The notes below the pieces were generated by a model that searched no databases, was not told the origin of the DNA, and saw nothing but the letters and a program-made list of their open reading frames with translations. A stretch of DNA of 64,000 bases from Escherichia coli (GTDB lineage Bacteria; Pseudomonadota; Gammaproteobacteria; Enterobacterales; Enterobacteriaceae): assembly GCA_002099625.1 (NCBI GenBank), contig GCA_002099625.1_4857.1; one strand, given 5' to 3'. Every line of letters starts with the position of its first letter. Within the stretch, counting starts at the first letter, position 1. The translations under genes were made by a program, and so were the position numbers. Shown one piece after another: positions 39,001 through 46,665 of this stretch.

Positions 39001-40132
39001 AGTGGCGTTAGCAATGGCTAAGGCGGAGTCCGGATTTAACTACACCGCTAAAAACCCGTATGCTTCGGCGTCTGGGTTGTTCCAGTTTGTTAACGGCACG
39101 TGGGACGGGATGATGAAGGGGTATTCGCGGAAGTTTGGTATTCCGCGTGTTAACCAAATGGACCCGTGGGCGAATGCTATACTGGGTGTACAGTTCATTC
39201 GTGACAACATCCAACAAGCACAACGTGACCTGGGTGGTAAAGCACCACCTCCAGCCGTGGCTTATCTGTACCACTTCCTAGGTGCAGGCGGCGGTAAGAA
39301 ATTCCTGGAAGCGTGGAAGCGTAATCCGAATATGGCGGCATCGAGTGCTCCTGGGATTACATCCGCAATATTGAGAGGGAATGCCAACGTCTTCTACAGC
39401 AACGGTCGTATACGTAGCGTAGATGGGGTTATTCAGGAACTGAACCGCCGCATGGGTGCAATTTCCGCCAACGAAGTCGCTGCCGATCCGAGCAAGACGA
39501 AGGATATGGTTGCAGGATTGTCGCCTAATTCACCAACCAACCCGGCAGCGGCAATGGGTGCACCGGCCGCTAATGACCCGAGTCTGTCGCCAGCAGATAA
39601 CCTGCCAGCAGATAATGCTAATCGTCGTGATGACGCATTGACGCAGAAAGGGGCCATGGCGGCACAAGATGCAATGGCTACCGCCGCAGGTAATGTAGGA
39701 CCAGCAGCACCTACACCAACCACAGGCGGTACCGGAACATCCGATGCCTCAACAACGGCCGAAACCGTAGCGTCGCAAGCTGCAGCAGAAGGATTGTCTG
39801 CGACGGATGTTGCTAAAGTGAAAGCAGGCGCGGAAGCGCAGGTTAACGCAGCAGCTCGTCCAGTTGCCGCTCCAACTTCTGATGCTACAGCATCGACGCC
39901 AACGCTGAATGGTGACCCGATAGATGTTCAGCAGCTCAAGGTACTGATTCAGTCTCGCGATTACTTGAAAGAGATTCGTGATATTTTGAAATCAAATCCA
40001 AGAGCGGCAAACGACACACGGGGTGGTAGTATCCAGCAAGCGGCAAATGTGCCTCCTCCTGGCTCAGCTGCACGTAGGCAGGAAATAACCCAACCGACAC
40101 CGTCGTTAAACGTAAGTCGGAAAGCAAGCTAA
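33011..40132 (+). CDS. Giant virion protein (2373 aa) with TM segments and a lytic transglycosylase domain
   Basis: Lytic transglycosylase motif AKAESGFNYTAKNPYASASGLFQFVNGTW (about nt 39000-39130); hydrophobic cluster around nt 37060-37340; Gly/Arg-rich repeats; Ala/Pro/Thr-rich C-terminus; architecture like phiKZ gp181 or T7 gp16. Confidence 0.8.
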   Translation: MAKRGKDGFDDIDLDRLDDWDDFGEPPRPKDEKKRSPILSTLNVARKSALSTIWPEGKRDQVILKGMPKPAADAYEGYQSAAAAAKDIYAHTKGELEKTERTLKMQARQLGPTMKKYLPDAVTKRFDKWSKSDQLDYQNYDPNQALMDRELGDVFSGVPKDADEQRQLQDRMVEDKLRDSIKEMRADAMHQTMIGMAKDINLLTGLSRGVFLNIERKKLELQYRTLFAIQDIVKMKQSEFDRNTPALEAIVKNTALPDYAKEDFSEVRWANVKRQAAEWMNPLRYADGFMDMIRENTKKKISGIFGEGRGLLESVLGMGVEDDFGMSDSSSLTAERRKTNARDKATAWGSGFLAKKLLGPQIEKLQKWTREEMEKNPEVMKRLQKGAFTFGNLSSISNSAIAGETQGPLADLFRVLNELGIVQPLNREKAFLDERNGETLSRSAKFDRKAYLSIVEVIPAWLAEINKSVRRGYGEHADLEYDITSRGFVDRKVVGNRVRKAVANDEQRLRLQNSINSTVDFVDRGKTLSQKDRQHLADYIESRASQGRAFDVEAILKDPMHLHRYMPGNSAERIKEALQGHSDSLVGGSNELSNELARKISTVQSSITQRQAIIDEAVNIYGERALRDAGIFNYDAKSDTFGVDKDLSDPYTLFNDLAMGKTRSGRALTRDQEIQRKLQNGSALGDYLRRMNQGASGGADDTSLPPALRGGGKGRGMSPRQLAAVLYGETSTNFVELLSQRNRGEEAPRNNFDGIIEAIRGNNNSDTLQKILEHVRSMDEEGVLLASLAGGAGSGDEEMGPPRPGGGSGGGKRRRIIIGEDGLIRRWGGVLFDTATGIGGFAKRGVKGAWNKLNQFGGWARGKVAGMGGGEGPGFLTRMRGLISGSVRGGFEAVSSFGKGLLGIRDIYDDHGNVVLQGARLEAGEYYQVIDGKMVQLKTLDDIKLGSDIVDSAGNLVLAAADLAAAGKLRYYKGGKIQALTQGLASKIGLGFNKVAKLPKRFLDFLSPKAGSIVGKIKDWLNEIPEGEEKTRLQKAFNRVTSLPGKVLGFAKRGVDRLKDMITDNPLTRWWKGRKDGGGGGFSLFSSTGKKTNHILIRIYKLLNQRLPGDPEDESWTEEMEKGVGGGGSTIGRAVRGAYDRAKASLSERFGGRWSRTKAFFGRGRDRLRGWFSGFRGRAGDMLDGYRGARHDIATRYEVERRLAGRDDDVAEFYRSHLNAKGGLSGRKVYGDAKEDLETARDAAGRVINKGKNAAKSAGARLFERLDRMIGLQEMSWFNTMRESVSRAGGDDGIIRTMFAKFGKRNKPPEGDEKRDYFNFFKRWREKRKEKKEKAQGSKGKSGGLWDMVKGLPIIGPIVSILGTVGNILGSITKWGVLKPVGLLGKAAWNVGKFAVTRLAAPAVSAVATAASAVVTAVGWPAILIGGAIAAAGYAAYKIATTTYTQYLDKMRLAQYGFRDYDKWSSDDGAKARYLEDALREYVSYAEDGQASLRGLSGKDVQKLAEGFGINVEEKGEMLAFQAFMLQRFIPIYLRWITALKSMPNSIQLADVGDAKKVSKEDMQTLFNKMKMTKDAKAFSSLTDPRKVNQGFFSKAWDVVTFTPKEFLSGEEVMEVQNEVERAIKFRMDDKKARKYGMAPAVEGIKSAGVDEAINKLGQLDNERNKNLAKVEGWEDGTEQVQIQVDWNAVLDQKDMNAMESVRWKTYGFTTIDNATRTLITVFEKNVIKDIDVKTASYKGDWKKAIASMVPDAIGTPKEDRLKRWFFDRFLPVFMTYLVGVKRYLPTADPLNLKLTGGYLYEISLMMSTAYSLKGGIRQSVWEVNINPLGGDANTNPSSIKAELETLKLLSKEADLAVRNMIKAIKNNGKRARWKDRNKNRSSLEVTGEDEEDSNISSGDSLSSDGARASGYIPSGTSGGVPGNLGQVVDAVGGVRNYAAMTTGSSSINLSDVKDGDYKSLAEKYPIEMLGRKGALNVPNIKALITDAANMMGVPPAVALAMAKAESGFNYTAKNPYASASGLFQFVNGTWDGMMKGYSRKFGIPRVNQMDPWANAILGVQFIRDNIQQAQRDLGGKAPPPAVAYLYHFLGAGGGKKFLEAWKRNPNMAASSAPGITSAILRGNANVFYSNGRIRSVDGVIQELNRRMGAISANEVAADPSKTKDMVAGLSPNSPTNPAAAMGAPAANDPSLSPADNLPADNANRRDDALTQKGAMAAQDAMATAAGNVGPAAPTPTTGGTGTSDASTTAETVASQAAAEGLSATDVAKVKAGAEAQVNAAARPVAAPTSDATASTPTLNGDPIDVQQLKVLIQSRDYLKEIRDILKSNPRAANDTRGGSIQQAANVPPPGSAARRQEITQPTPSLNVSRKAS

Positions 40133-40135
40133 TCG

Positions 40136-40157
40136 TAGGGGGTGGCAACACCCCCTA
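40136..40157 (+). other. GC hairpin with GCAA tetraloop right after the giant gene stop, no U-tract
   Basis: tagggggtg-gcaa-cacccccta, 9-bp stem. Confidence 0.4.
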
Positions 40158-40180
40158 ATCATCTTACAGAGAGGTTTTAC

Positions 40181-42403
40181 GTGGAAGCAAGACAACTAAA
40201 AGATTCAGGATGGGTAACCGGCCTGTTTGGCGGTACAACCGCACAGCGCGATGAGCGCTTCCTGGGTTTGCGTCGTTACTCTAACGCGATGCTCTCGTTT
40301 GAAGATACCACGATGGGTGGTTCGCAAGCGTTAAATGCGCCGCCGCAGTTTACGATGTTTGCTGATCCGAGTTCAACAGGTGCCTTTGCACAACCTGATG
40401 CGGGTCGTGGCTCGTACTCAAAGTACGTTAAAGGTCAAGACCAACGTGGTTCCTATCGTCTAGGGACTTTCTATTACGAAGCTATTAACCAAAACAGTTT
40501 TTATCTTCATTGTCGTTTCGGTAAACCCCGATATATCGGGGTCGCTGCATTCTTCGCGAATATGTACGATTCCAACCTAGCGTATCTGGCGCGCACAGGT
40601 GACTACCCAGGTATGTTACGTGCGATGGGGACGTATGTTGCCGCCGCAGCAATATGGGCTGCAGTAGGTACGGTTGCCTTTGCGGTTATTCTGATTACGC
40701 CACGTATGTTGAAGATGGTGCTGAACAAGCAGACTTCTCGCTACTACTACGTGAAACCGACAATGCATTTGTATCTGCGCGCTGTGCAGAATATGGTCAA
40801 TACCCAGTTAGTTTATCGCCGATTGGTACCAACGGGTGTGTTAGGGACTTTCCAGCTTGCTAATGCTGTAGATGGGTCTGAGAAAGGCGGTACTGCTAAT
40901 AAGTACAACGGCGACCGTAAAGAGTGGTATTCCATGCTGCCAGAAATCTGGACAGCTGATGGTGAGTTCGATATCTATCGAATGATTAACCGCTACCAAA
41001 CATTAGCCAACTACCAGGCGAAAACCATCGATAAAATTCGTAAAGAGTCGAGTAACGAAGAGGACATGGCTCGTCGTTTGCGAAACTTCTATCTGGAAGC
41101 GACGTACTCAACAACCCATTTGGAGAAAGCTGCGCAGTACGAGGTTTCTTTACGTAACCTTGAATACGTAGCCAAAGCCGGTAAAGGGTACGATGCTGGT
41201 TTTGAAAACGTCGATAACAAAGAAGACGAACTGGTAGCAGGGATGAACGGAAGCATTCAGGATGCTCAGTCACAAGGAGGTAAAGCTGAAAACTTCGAAA
41301 ACGAAGGTGATGCGCAACGTAAAGAGCTTGCCGAGCGTATGGCACAGGTTGAAAAGAACCAGGCTCAGGTTGCTAAAAGTCAGACCGAAGCAAACTCAAT
41401 GGATGAGAATAATCTCGACATTGGGAAGATTGAAAACTGGATGGACCAAGGCCAGAAAGAATCTGTCGGTAGCGTCTTCAAAGACTATATCGATATTTTA
41501 GAAGGCGCTATGGATGGGTTAACTTCGAACATCGCTTCGGAGATACGCAATGGTTCGCAGTGGATTACTTGGCGTGTTGATGGACGTGATACCGTAGGGC
41601 GTTCGTTCTCCAACACCACCAAAGAACCTGAAATCTCTGGCACGGTTAACTCCGCCACACAGAAAGCACGTTCTTTGGAAGTAAACCTCTCTGGTGGTAA
41701 GACTGGTTTCGACGCAGTCGATGGTCTCATTACTGGGTTGAAGTCCGCCTTTACAGGCGCACTCGATTTCTTGCATTTATCAGGGATTATGTCGCTGTAC
41801 AACTCGTCAGTGATTGACTTCCCGGAAGTGTGGGACTCCTCAGACACCTCAGGTGACGATATCTCGCTAAGCATTCCCCTTCGCTGTTGGTCGGGTAACG
41901 ACTTAGATGTGTTCCAGGATCTGATTGTCCCGTTGTCGTTCTGGTTAGCGGCAGTTTGCCCGTTAGCAACCGGTAAACAATCGTTTACGCACCCGTTCTA
42001 TCTGGAGTGTTATTCTCGTGGTCGTTATTCCATGCGTAATGCCATGGTAACTAACTTGAGTCTCCAGTTTGGTACAGGTGGGTTAGGGTGGCGTGCTGAC
42101 GGTCTGCCGTTGTCGTGTGATATACAGGTAACTATTCGTGACCTGTCACGCGTTATGTACATGCCGATTGTAACCGATATTGGTGTGTTTGATGATGATA
42201 ACAAGTTCAGTGAATTTATGTCTGTGTTGGGTGCTGCCACGCTTTACGAGCGTACCAACGGTATCGCGCAGGCTAAAATCAACGCGTCTATCTGGGCGCA
42301 GAACTGGGCAAGTGCCTGGTCACAGGGCAGCATCGTCAACGCCGCGTTAGATATCATACCGGCACGACAAATCGCGAACATTTTCCTACCACAAGCGCGA
42401 TAG
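40181..42403 (+). CDS. Hypothetical protein, likely virion-associated (about 740 aa)
   Basis: ORF 40142..42403; GTG at 40181 has GAGAGG ribosome-binding site (40142 GTG is the alternative); internal hydrophobic segment GTYVAAAAIWAAVGTVAFAVILI. Confidence 0.6.
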   Translation: MEARQLKDSGWVTGLFGGTTAQRDERFLGLRRYSNAMLSFEDTTMGGSQALNAPPQFTMFADPSSTGAFAQPDAGRGSYSKYVKGQDQRGSYRLGTFYYEAINQNSFYLHCRFGKPRYIGVAAFFANMYDSNLAYLARTGDYPGMLRAMGTYVAAAAIWAAVGTVAFAVILITPRMLKMVLNKQTSRYYYVKPTMHLYLRAVQNMVNTQLVYRRLVPTGVLGTFQLANAVDGSEKGGTANKYNGDRKEWYSMLPEIWTADGEFDIYRMINRYQTLANYQAKTIDKIRKESSNEEDMARRLRNFYLEATYSTTHLEKAAQYEVSLRNLEYVAKAGKGYDAGFENVDNKEDELVAGMNGSIQDAQSQGGKAENFENEGDAQRKELAERMAQVEKNQAQVAKSQTEANSMDENNLDIGKIENWMDQGQKESVGSVFKDYIDILEGAMDGLTSNIASEIRNGSQWITWRVDGRDTVGRSFSNTTKEPEISGTVNSATQKARSLEVNLSGGKTGFDAVDGLITGLKSAFTGALDFLHLSGIMSLYNSSVIDFPEVWDSSDTSGDDISLSIPLRCWSGNDLDVFQDLIVPLSFWLAAVCPLATGKQSFTHPFYLECYSRGRYSMRNAMVTNLSLQFGTGGLGWRADGLPLSCDIQVTIRDLSRVMYMPIVTDIGVFDDDNKFSEFMSVLGAATLYERTNGIAQAKINASIWAQNWASAWSQGSIVNAALDIIPARQIANIFLPQAR

Positions 42404-42425
42404 TACACCACAGAGGTAGCGCATT

Positions 42426-42977
42426 ATGAGTTTATTTGGAAAGACCGCAAAAGAGTTGGTTTACGATCTTATCGTGTCCCAGAATCCCGGACTGACTGGC
42501 AAGGGCGTGACCATCGATAAATTGTCGTTCGGTAACCCGTCGCACATCACCGCATCCGATCCTGACCCAGAACAGTACACCAGACTGAACACCAGTCTCG
42601 ATGTTTCTGGTATCGTTGAGAAAGGTACGTTTGGTAAGATGGGTCTTACTTACCGTCGACTGGACGTAGCTCACCTGTTTGAAAACGTGGTGCTGTCTGT
42701 GGACGGTAGTAGCGCCAATACAGCCGCCGACCTCGTTCCGTTGTTACAGGCCAAGTACAATTGGTTGATTGATGCGAGCGAGATTTATGCGACGGAGTCA
42801 ATGACGTCTTCCACGAAACACAATTTGCGTTTCAATGGAAAGTCACTGGCGTGGACGGGTACGGTTGAAGTTTATTTGACCGAAGTTCCGAGCGATGGTG
42901 TCGATATCAGTAAACTGATCACCGTTACCGAGTTGAACGGTCTGGTTTATGACATCTCTGACATGACTCAAGCGTAA
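42426..42977 (+). CDS. Hypothetical protein (183 aa)
   Basis: GAGGTAG ribosome-binding site; last gene of the plus-strand block before a terminator. Confidence 0.6.
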   Translation: MSLFGKTAKELVYDLIVSQNPGLTGKGVTIDKLSFGNPSHITASDPDPEQYTRLNTSLDVSGIVEKGTFGKMGLTYRRLDVAHLFENVVLSVDGSSANTAADLVPLLQAKYNWLIDASEIYATESMTSSTKHNLRFNGKSLAWTGTVEVYLTEVPSDGVDISKLITVTELNGLVYDISDMTQA

Positions 42978-42994
42978 CAAAAAAATAAGTAATG

Positions 42995-43032
42995 CGAGTA
43001 CCCCTAACGGGGTACTCGTTTGCTTTATTTTT
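42995..43032. terminator. Bidirectional rho-independent terminator
   Basis: Hairpin cgagtacccc-taac-ggggtactcg with T-run 43019-43032 and upstream A-run; between convergent genes. Confidence 0.6.
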
Positions 43033-43454
43033 TAGCGTTCAATAATCACTTTTACGATATCTTCTACCGGAGGGTAATACCACAGAACCACGCTGTTTCG
43101 TCCCAAGTCTTTTGGAAACGTTTGACAGTACGCAATGTCGGTGCCGAAGCGTTCAGAGAGCTTTAAAACGTTCTCTGGGAATTGACAGCCTCCTCGCCAA
43201 TCATGCGTATAGAGTACCTGCTGTAGTAACTTCACATTAGCATCGAAGAAGTACAGATTTTCTACCGGTGCAATGTGAGGTACCGGAATCGGTGTGTCGG
43301 TAAGTACGAACTCCAAACCACCGCATTGTTCTGAACGCTCCGCTAGGAATTTCAGATGCCATGGCATTAGACCGTGGTCTTCCCAGACGATGTTGTTGAC
43401 CAGTAAACGATCAACGTATTCATCGTAATCAACCGTGAACAGTTTCTTCGCCAT
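43032..43454 (-). CDS. Hypothetical protein (140 aa)
   Basis: GAAGGTGA ribosome-binding site before ATG at 43454; overlaps the 3' end of the upstream gene by 26 nt. Confidence 0.55.
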   Translation of the reverse strand: MAKKLFTVDYDEYVDRLLVNNIVWEDHGLMPWHLKFLAERSEQCGGLEFVLTDTPIPVPHIAPVENLYFFDANVKLLQQVLYTHDWRGGCQFPENVLKLSERFGTDIAYCQTFPKDLGRNSVVLWYYPPVEDIVKVIIER

Positions 43455-44343
43455 CTTTCACCTTCTGCTCAAGTTCAGCGGCAGTCATGTCTGCTTCTTT
43501 AACGAAGATACCGTCCGCGTTCAGGAAACCCTTACGGTCTTTGATTTCGTCCCACGCCAGAGAGAAGCACTGTTCCAGAGTCATATCGTACGCATTAGCC
43601 AGCGCATTGGCGTATTCGACCATCTGAGCGAAGTGACATTCGATCATTACCGCGTCGCTGTTCTCGAAGTGTTTATATTCGAGTTGCTTAGCTGAGTCGA
43701 TGCCGGCTTGATCCCAGATGTAATCAACAGCTGCTGTGAGATGGAAACGCATTTTGTGGAACAGGTAATGACTGTTCCCGGCAAGTGGGTTCTTTGAACG
43801 CGCTTCGTTGACATATGTGCTGATATCGGTCGAGTCAAACTTAATGAGTTCCATCAAGTTAACCAACACGACCAGAGCATCACCGATACCGTCCATGATG
43901 TAACGGCGTTTGTTTTTACTGATACCGGTTGCCGCTTCACCGTCTTCTTCGTAGAGTTTGGTGGCTTGGCTATACCAGACGCCGTTATCCAGAATACCAC
44001 GCGCTTTAGACCAACCCATAACGTTAGTAATACATTGTGGGATGGTGTACAAAGGTACGTAACGCGGACGATCAACCGTACCACGATACTCGACACCTTC
44101 CAACGTCCACGGCATTTCGAAATCATTTATTTCCAAACTCTGGTCGCCTGTGAATACTTTACCTTCGACGTAAGTGTGACCGGTTTCACTGTTCACGCAC
44201 AGGGTGTACAGTTTCTCAAAGGACCACGGTTCAACAAACTGACGTTGGCAGAATCCAGCCAGAAGCTCATTAATCTGTGCCAGGTACTGGTTAGGTTCAA
44301 CAATAACGTTATACGGAATCTGGATAATGAAACGGTCGCCCAT
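43429..44343 (-). CDS. Hypothetical protein (304 aa)
   Basis: Long ORF in minus-strand block. Confidence 0.6.
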   Translation of the reverse strand: MGDRFIIQIPYNVIVEPNQYLAQINELLAGFCQRQFVEPWSFEKLYTLCVNSETGHTYVEGKVFTGDQSLEINDFEMPWTLEGVEYRGTVDRPRYVPLYTIPQCITNVMGWSKARGILDNGVWYSQATKLYEEDGEAATGISKNKRRYIMDGIGDALVVLVNLMELIKFDSTDISTYVNEARSKNPLAGNSHYLFHKMRFHLTAAVDYIWDQAGIDSAKQLEYKHFENSDAVMIECHFAQMVEYANALANAYDMTLEQCFSLAWDEIKDRKGFLNADGIFVKEADMTAAELEQKVKDGEETVHG

Positions 44344-44407
44344 TTTGATAGCTCCTTAAACAAAAAAAAATAAGTAGGGTGTCCATATGGACACCCTAAT
44401 ACGTATT

Positions 44408-44596
44408 TTAAATCTTGCACGCACCACCAGTGCAGTTGTCGTCGTCTTTCGACGGGTCAACGCCACCTTCCACACCTGCGTCAGGGTCAAGTCCAGGGAT
44501 AACCATCTCGTCATCCGGAGACATGTTTACATCCGCACCTAACCCATCACGATACATGAACGTTGTGGCTTGCCCACGACCGAGTTCTCCAGCCAT
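44408..44596 (-). CDS. Small hypothetical acidic protein (62 aa)
   Basis: Short ORF filling an intergenic gap; weak support. Confidence 0.3.
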   Translation of the reverse strand: MAGELGRGQATTFMYRDGLGADVNMSPDDEMVIPGLDPDAGVEGGVDPSKDDDNCTGGACKI

Positions 44597-44608
44597 ATTT
44601 TCCTCTAC

Positions 44609-45088
44609 TTAATTAATCAGGTGTATCACAACGTCTGGCGTTACTACGTCGACCAGACTGCGATAGATTTTATCGTAACTGAACTTGTTGAAGAAGAAAC
44701 CCGCTTCATCGACAATAACCAAGCCGAATTTCTCGTAGCCGGATATACCAGCACCCGTCGCGCGTTTCCAACCCTCGGGCAAGTAGTTACAGTGCACGGT
44801 CAGCCAACCGTTCCCAGCGGCTTTTTCATGGAATTTCTCCACCACTTCGCTCCGTAACGCTTCGTTGTGAACCAGATACAGAACGCTGCCGTGGAACTTT
44901 GCTGACATATCAACAGCGTGTGTTGTAACGCCTTTCTGACGACCAGCGCCATAGCGGATAGTGCGGAACTCGCTCAGTGCAATATGTGGTAAAAAGCCAC
45001 AGCTGCGGGCTTCATTGGAGTCCAGTTCGATAAGACCTTTGGACAGTTCTTTTACTACGGCGCGATAATCGATCCGAGTTATAGACAT
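44609..45088 (-). CDS. Hypothetical protein with Walker B-like motif (159 aa)
   Basis: LVIVDEAGFF resembles Walker B; only a degenerate P-loop (GAGRQKGVTT) upstream. Confidence 0.5.
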   Translation of the reverse strand: MSITRIDYRAVVKELSKGLIELDSNEARSCGFLPHIALSEFRTIRYGAGRQKGVTTHAVDMSAKFHGSVLYLVHNEALRSEVVEKFHEKAAGNGWLTVHCNYLPEGWKRATGAGISGYEKFGLVIVDEAGFFFNKFSYDKIYRSLVDVVTPDVVIHLIN

Positions 45089-45099
45089 CTGTTTTCACC

Positions 45100-45867
45100 T
45101 TATTTGTAGTTAACCGTATACGGCGCGCCCTGCTTAGTAAAGCCAACCGTCAGCTTGCTCGCCTCTTTCTTTACCCATGCGGGTAATTCTTCACGGAATG
45201 CCGGGTTCAAGAACCAAATCTGCTCATAGCGCCCGTCAATCTTTTCAACAACACGTTCCCAACCTTCGACGTACGTCAACGAGAACCATTTAAAACGCGC
45301 ATGGCGTGCCCAGTAGTGGTATTCGATGGTTCGACCGACGTGAGTCAAGACATCAATCAGAACTTGGTAGAAGCTCGGCTTTCCGATGACATGGGTATAC
45401 TCGAAGATAACAGATTCTTCGCCAGGGACGAAGTTATCTTCAAAATTCTTCTCCCCTGCTAAAGGTACCATTATCGTGTCGTTGTTGATACACAGCAACC
45501 AGTGCTTATTCGAAAATATCGGCGTGTCGCCCGAGAAACGAGCCCAGCGATAATTTTCAATCGCGACGCCAATCTGTGGCCGTAGTGTATCGACCACCTT
45601 CGCTATCGCTGCAGGATCTATCGGCTCATAGACCAGACAAATCGCTTGCACTTGCTCTCTTTCCTGCTCAGGTTCCGCAGGTCGTGGTCGCCGCCCCAGC
45701 ATCAAAATCCCACTAAGATTAGTTTCCCCAATCTCAATGATTTCTATTTCGCTAGTAGGAAGCTGCCGTTTAGCGTCCTCCATGTCGACGGCCCCTAATA
45801 ACCCGTATTCGTAGTCGTCGAATTCCACTGTGTAGAATTCATCGGAGAACGCAAAGAGTTTCATCAT
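45100..45867 (-). CDS. Hypothetical protein (255 aa)
   Basis: ORF in block. Confidence 0.6.
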   Translation of the reverse strand: MMKLFAFSDEFYTVEFDDYEYGLLGAVDMEDAKRQLPTSEIEIIEIGETNLSGILMLGRRPRPAEPEQEREQVQAICLVYEPIDPAAIAKVVDTLRPQIGVAIENYRWARFSGDTPIFSNKHWLLCINNDTIMVPLAGEKNFEDNFVPGEESVIFEYTHVIGKPSFYQVLIDVLTHVGRTIEYHYWARHARFKWFSLTYVEGWERVVEKIDGRYEQIWFLNPAFREELPAWVKKEASKLTVGFTKQGAPYTVNYK

Positions 45868-45868
45868 C

Positions 45869-46132
45869 TTATTTCTCCATTGTTTTAAAGAGAACGTCTA
45901 CGCTGTTACGGAGCATATTCAATTCTTCTTCTTTCTTACGCAGCAGCATTTCAGGAGCGTTCTTTGCAAACTCTTTCAATGCCATTTGGACGACATGCGA
46001 ATCGGTTTCGTCCGGGAACAGGGCCTTTAATGCAACCCATTCTTCCGCCGTGAAAACATCGCCTTTGCGAACATTACGCTGTTGTGGTAGTCGAATTGTT
46101 TTACTGAGTCGGTCAGTCATAGCTCCACCCAA
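45869..46132 (-). CDS. Hypothetical protein (87 aa)
   Basis: ORF in block. Confidence 0.45.
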   Translation of the reverse strand: MGGAMTDRLSKTIRLPQQRNVRKGDVFTAEEWVALKALFPDETDSHVVQMALKEFAKNAPEMLLRKKEEELNMLRNSVDVLFKTMEK

Positions 46133-46653
46133 ATCAGTTTAAAGGTATTACCTTCTAAGCCGGTCGGATGGATAATCATCGCTTCGGTATAGATAGGCTC
46201 TTCTTCTGCAATACGGTGCTCAGCTGCTAAGCCTGAAAGGTGCATGTAGAGGTCTTCATCCATATCCCCGTTAAAAGATGAGGTCAGGATGAAAGGTGTG
46301 GATTCTGCGATTTGCAAAAGCGTTTCTTTGCTAATCTGCATCTCCATTGTCCGACGTCGTTCCATCCAACTGCCTTGTTCGTGGATATACGGGTCGGTAT
46401 TAATGCGAACGACAGGTTCCGTAGACATACCCAGACCACGCGACATCATCTGGATAGCCAGAAGCGTCCACCATTCTTGTTCAGCTATCGGGAAACCGAT
46501 GGCTTTCATTGTACCGTCTGGTTGTGGAACGTGCAATTGTCCACGATGTTCGTCTGGAAACTCGATGATCTTCTGTCCGTTGATAGGAATAAACGGCGGT
46601 TCGTCCGTAGCAACCACCGCTTTAGGCTTGAAGGGAACGACGTTGTCAGCCAT
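46117..46653 (-). CDS. Hypothetical protein (178 aa)
   Basis: ORF in block. Confidence 0.55.
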   Translation of the reverse strand: MADNVVPFKPKAVVATDEPPFIPINGQKIIEFPDEHRGQLHVPQPDGTMKAIGFPIAEQEWWTLLAIQMMSRGLGMSTEPVVRINTDPYIHEQGSWMERRRTMEMQISKETLLQIAESTPFILTSSFNGDMDEDLYMHLSGLAAEHRIAEEEPIYTEAMIIHPTGLEGNTFKLIWVEL

Positions 46654-46665
46654 AAACGCTCCTAA

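Noticed and set aside
33011-40132. Giant protein as an N4-type virion RNA polymerase or T7-like single-subunit RNA polymerase
   Set aside because: No single-subunit polymerase motifs were seen; instead it has TM helices and a transglycosylase motif, while separate beta/beta-prime-like genes lie next to it.
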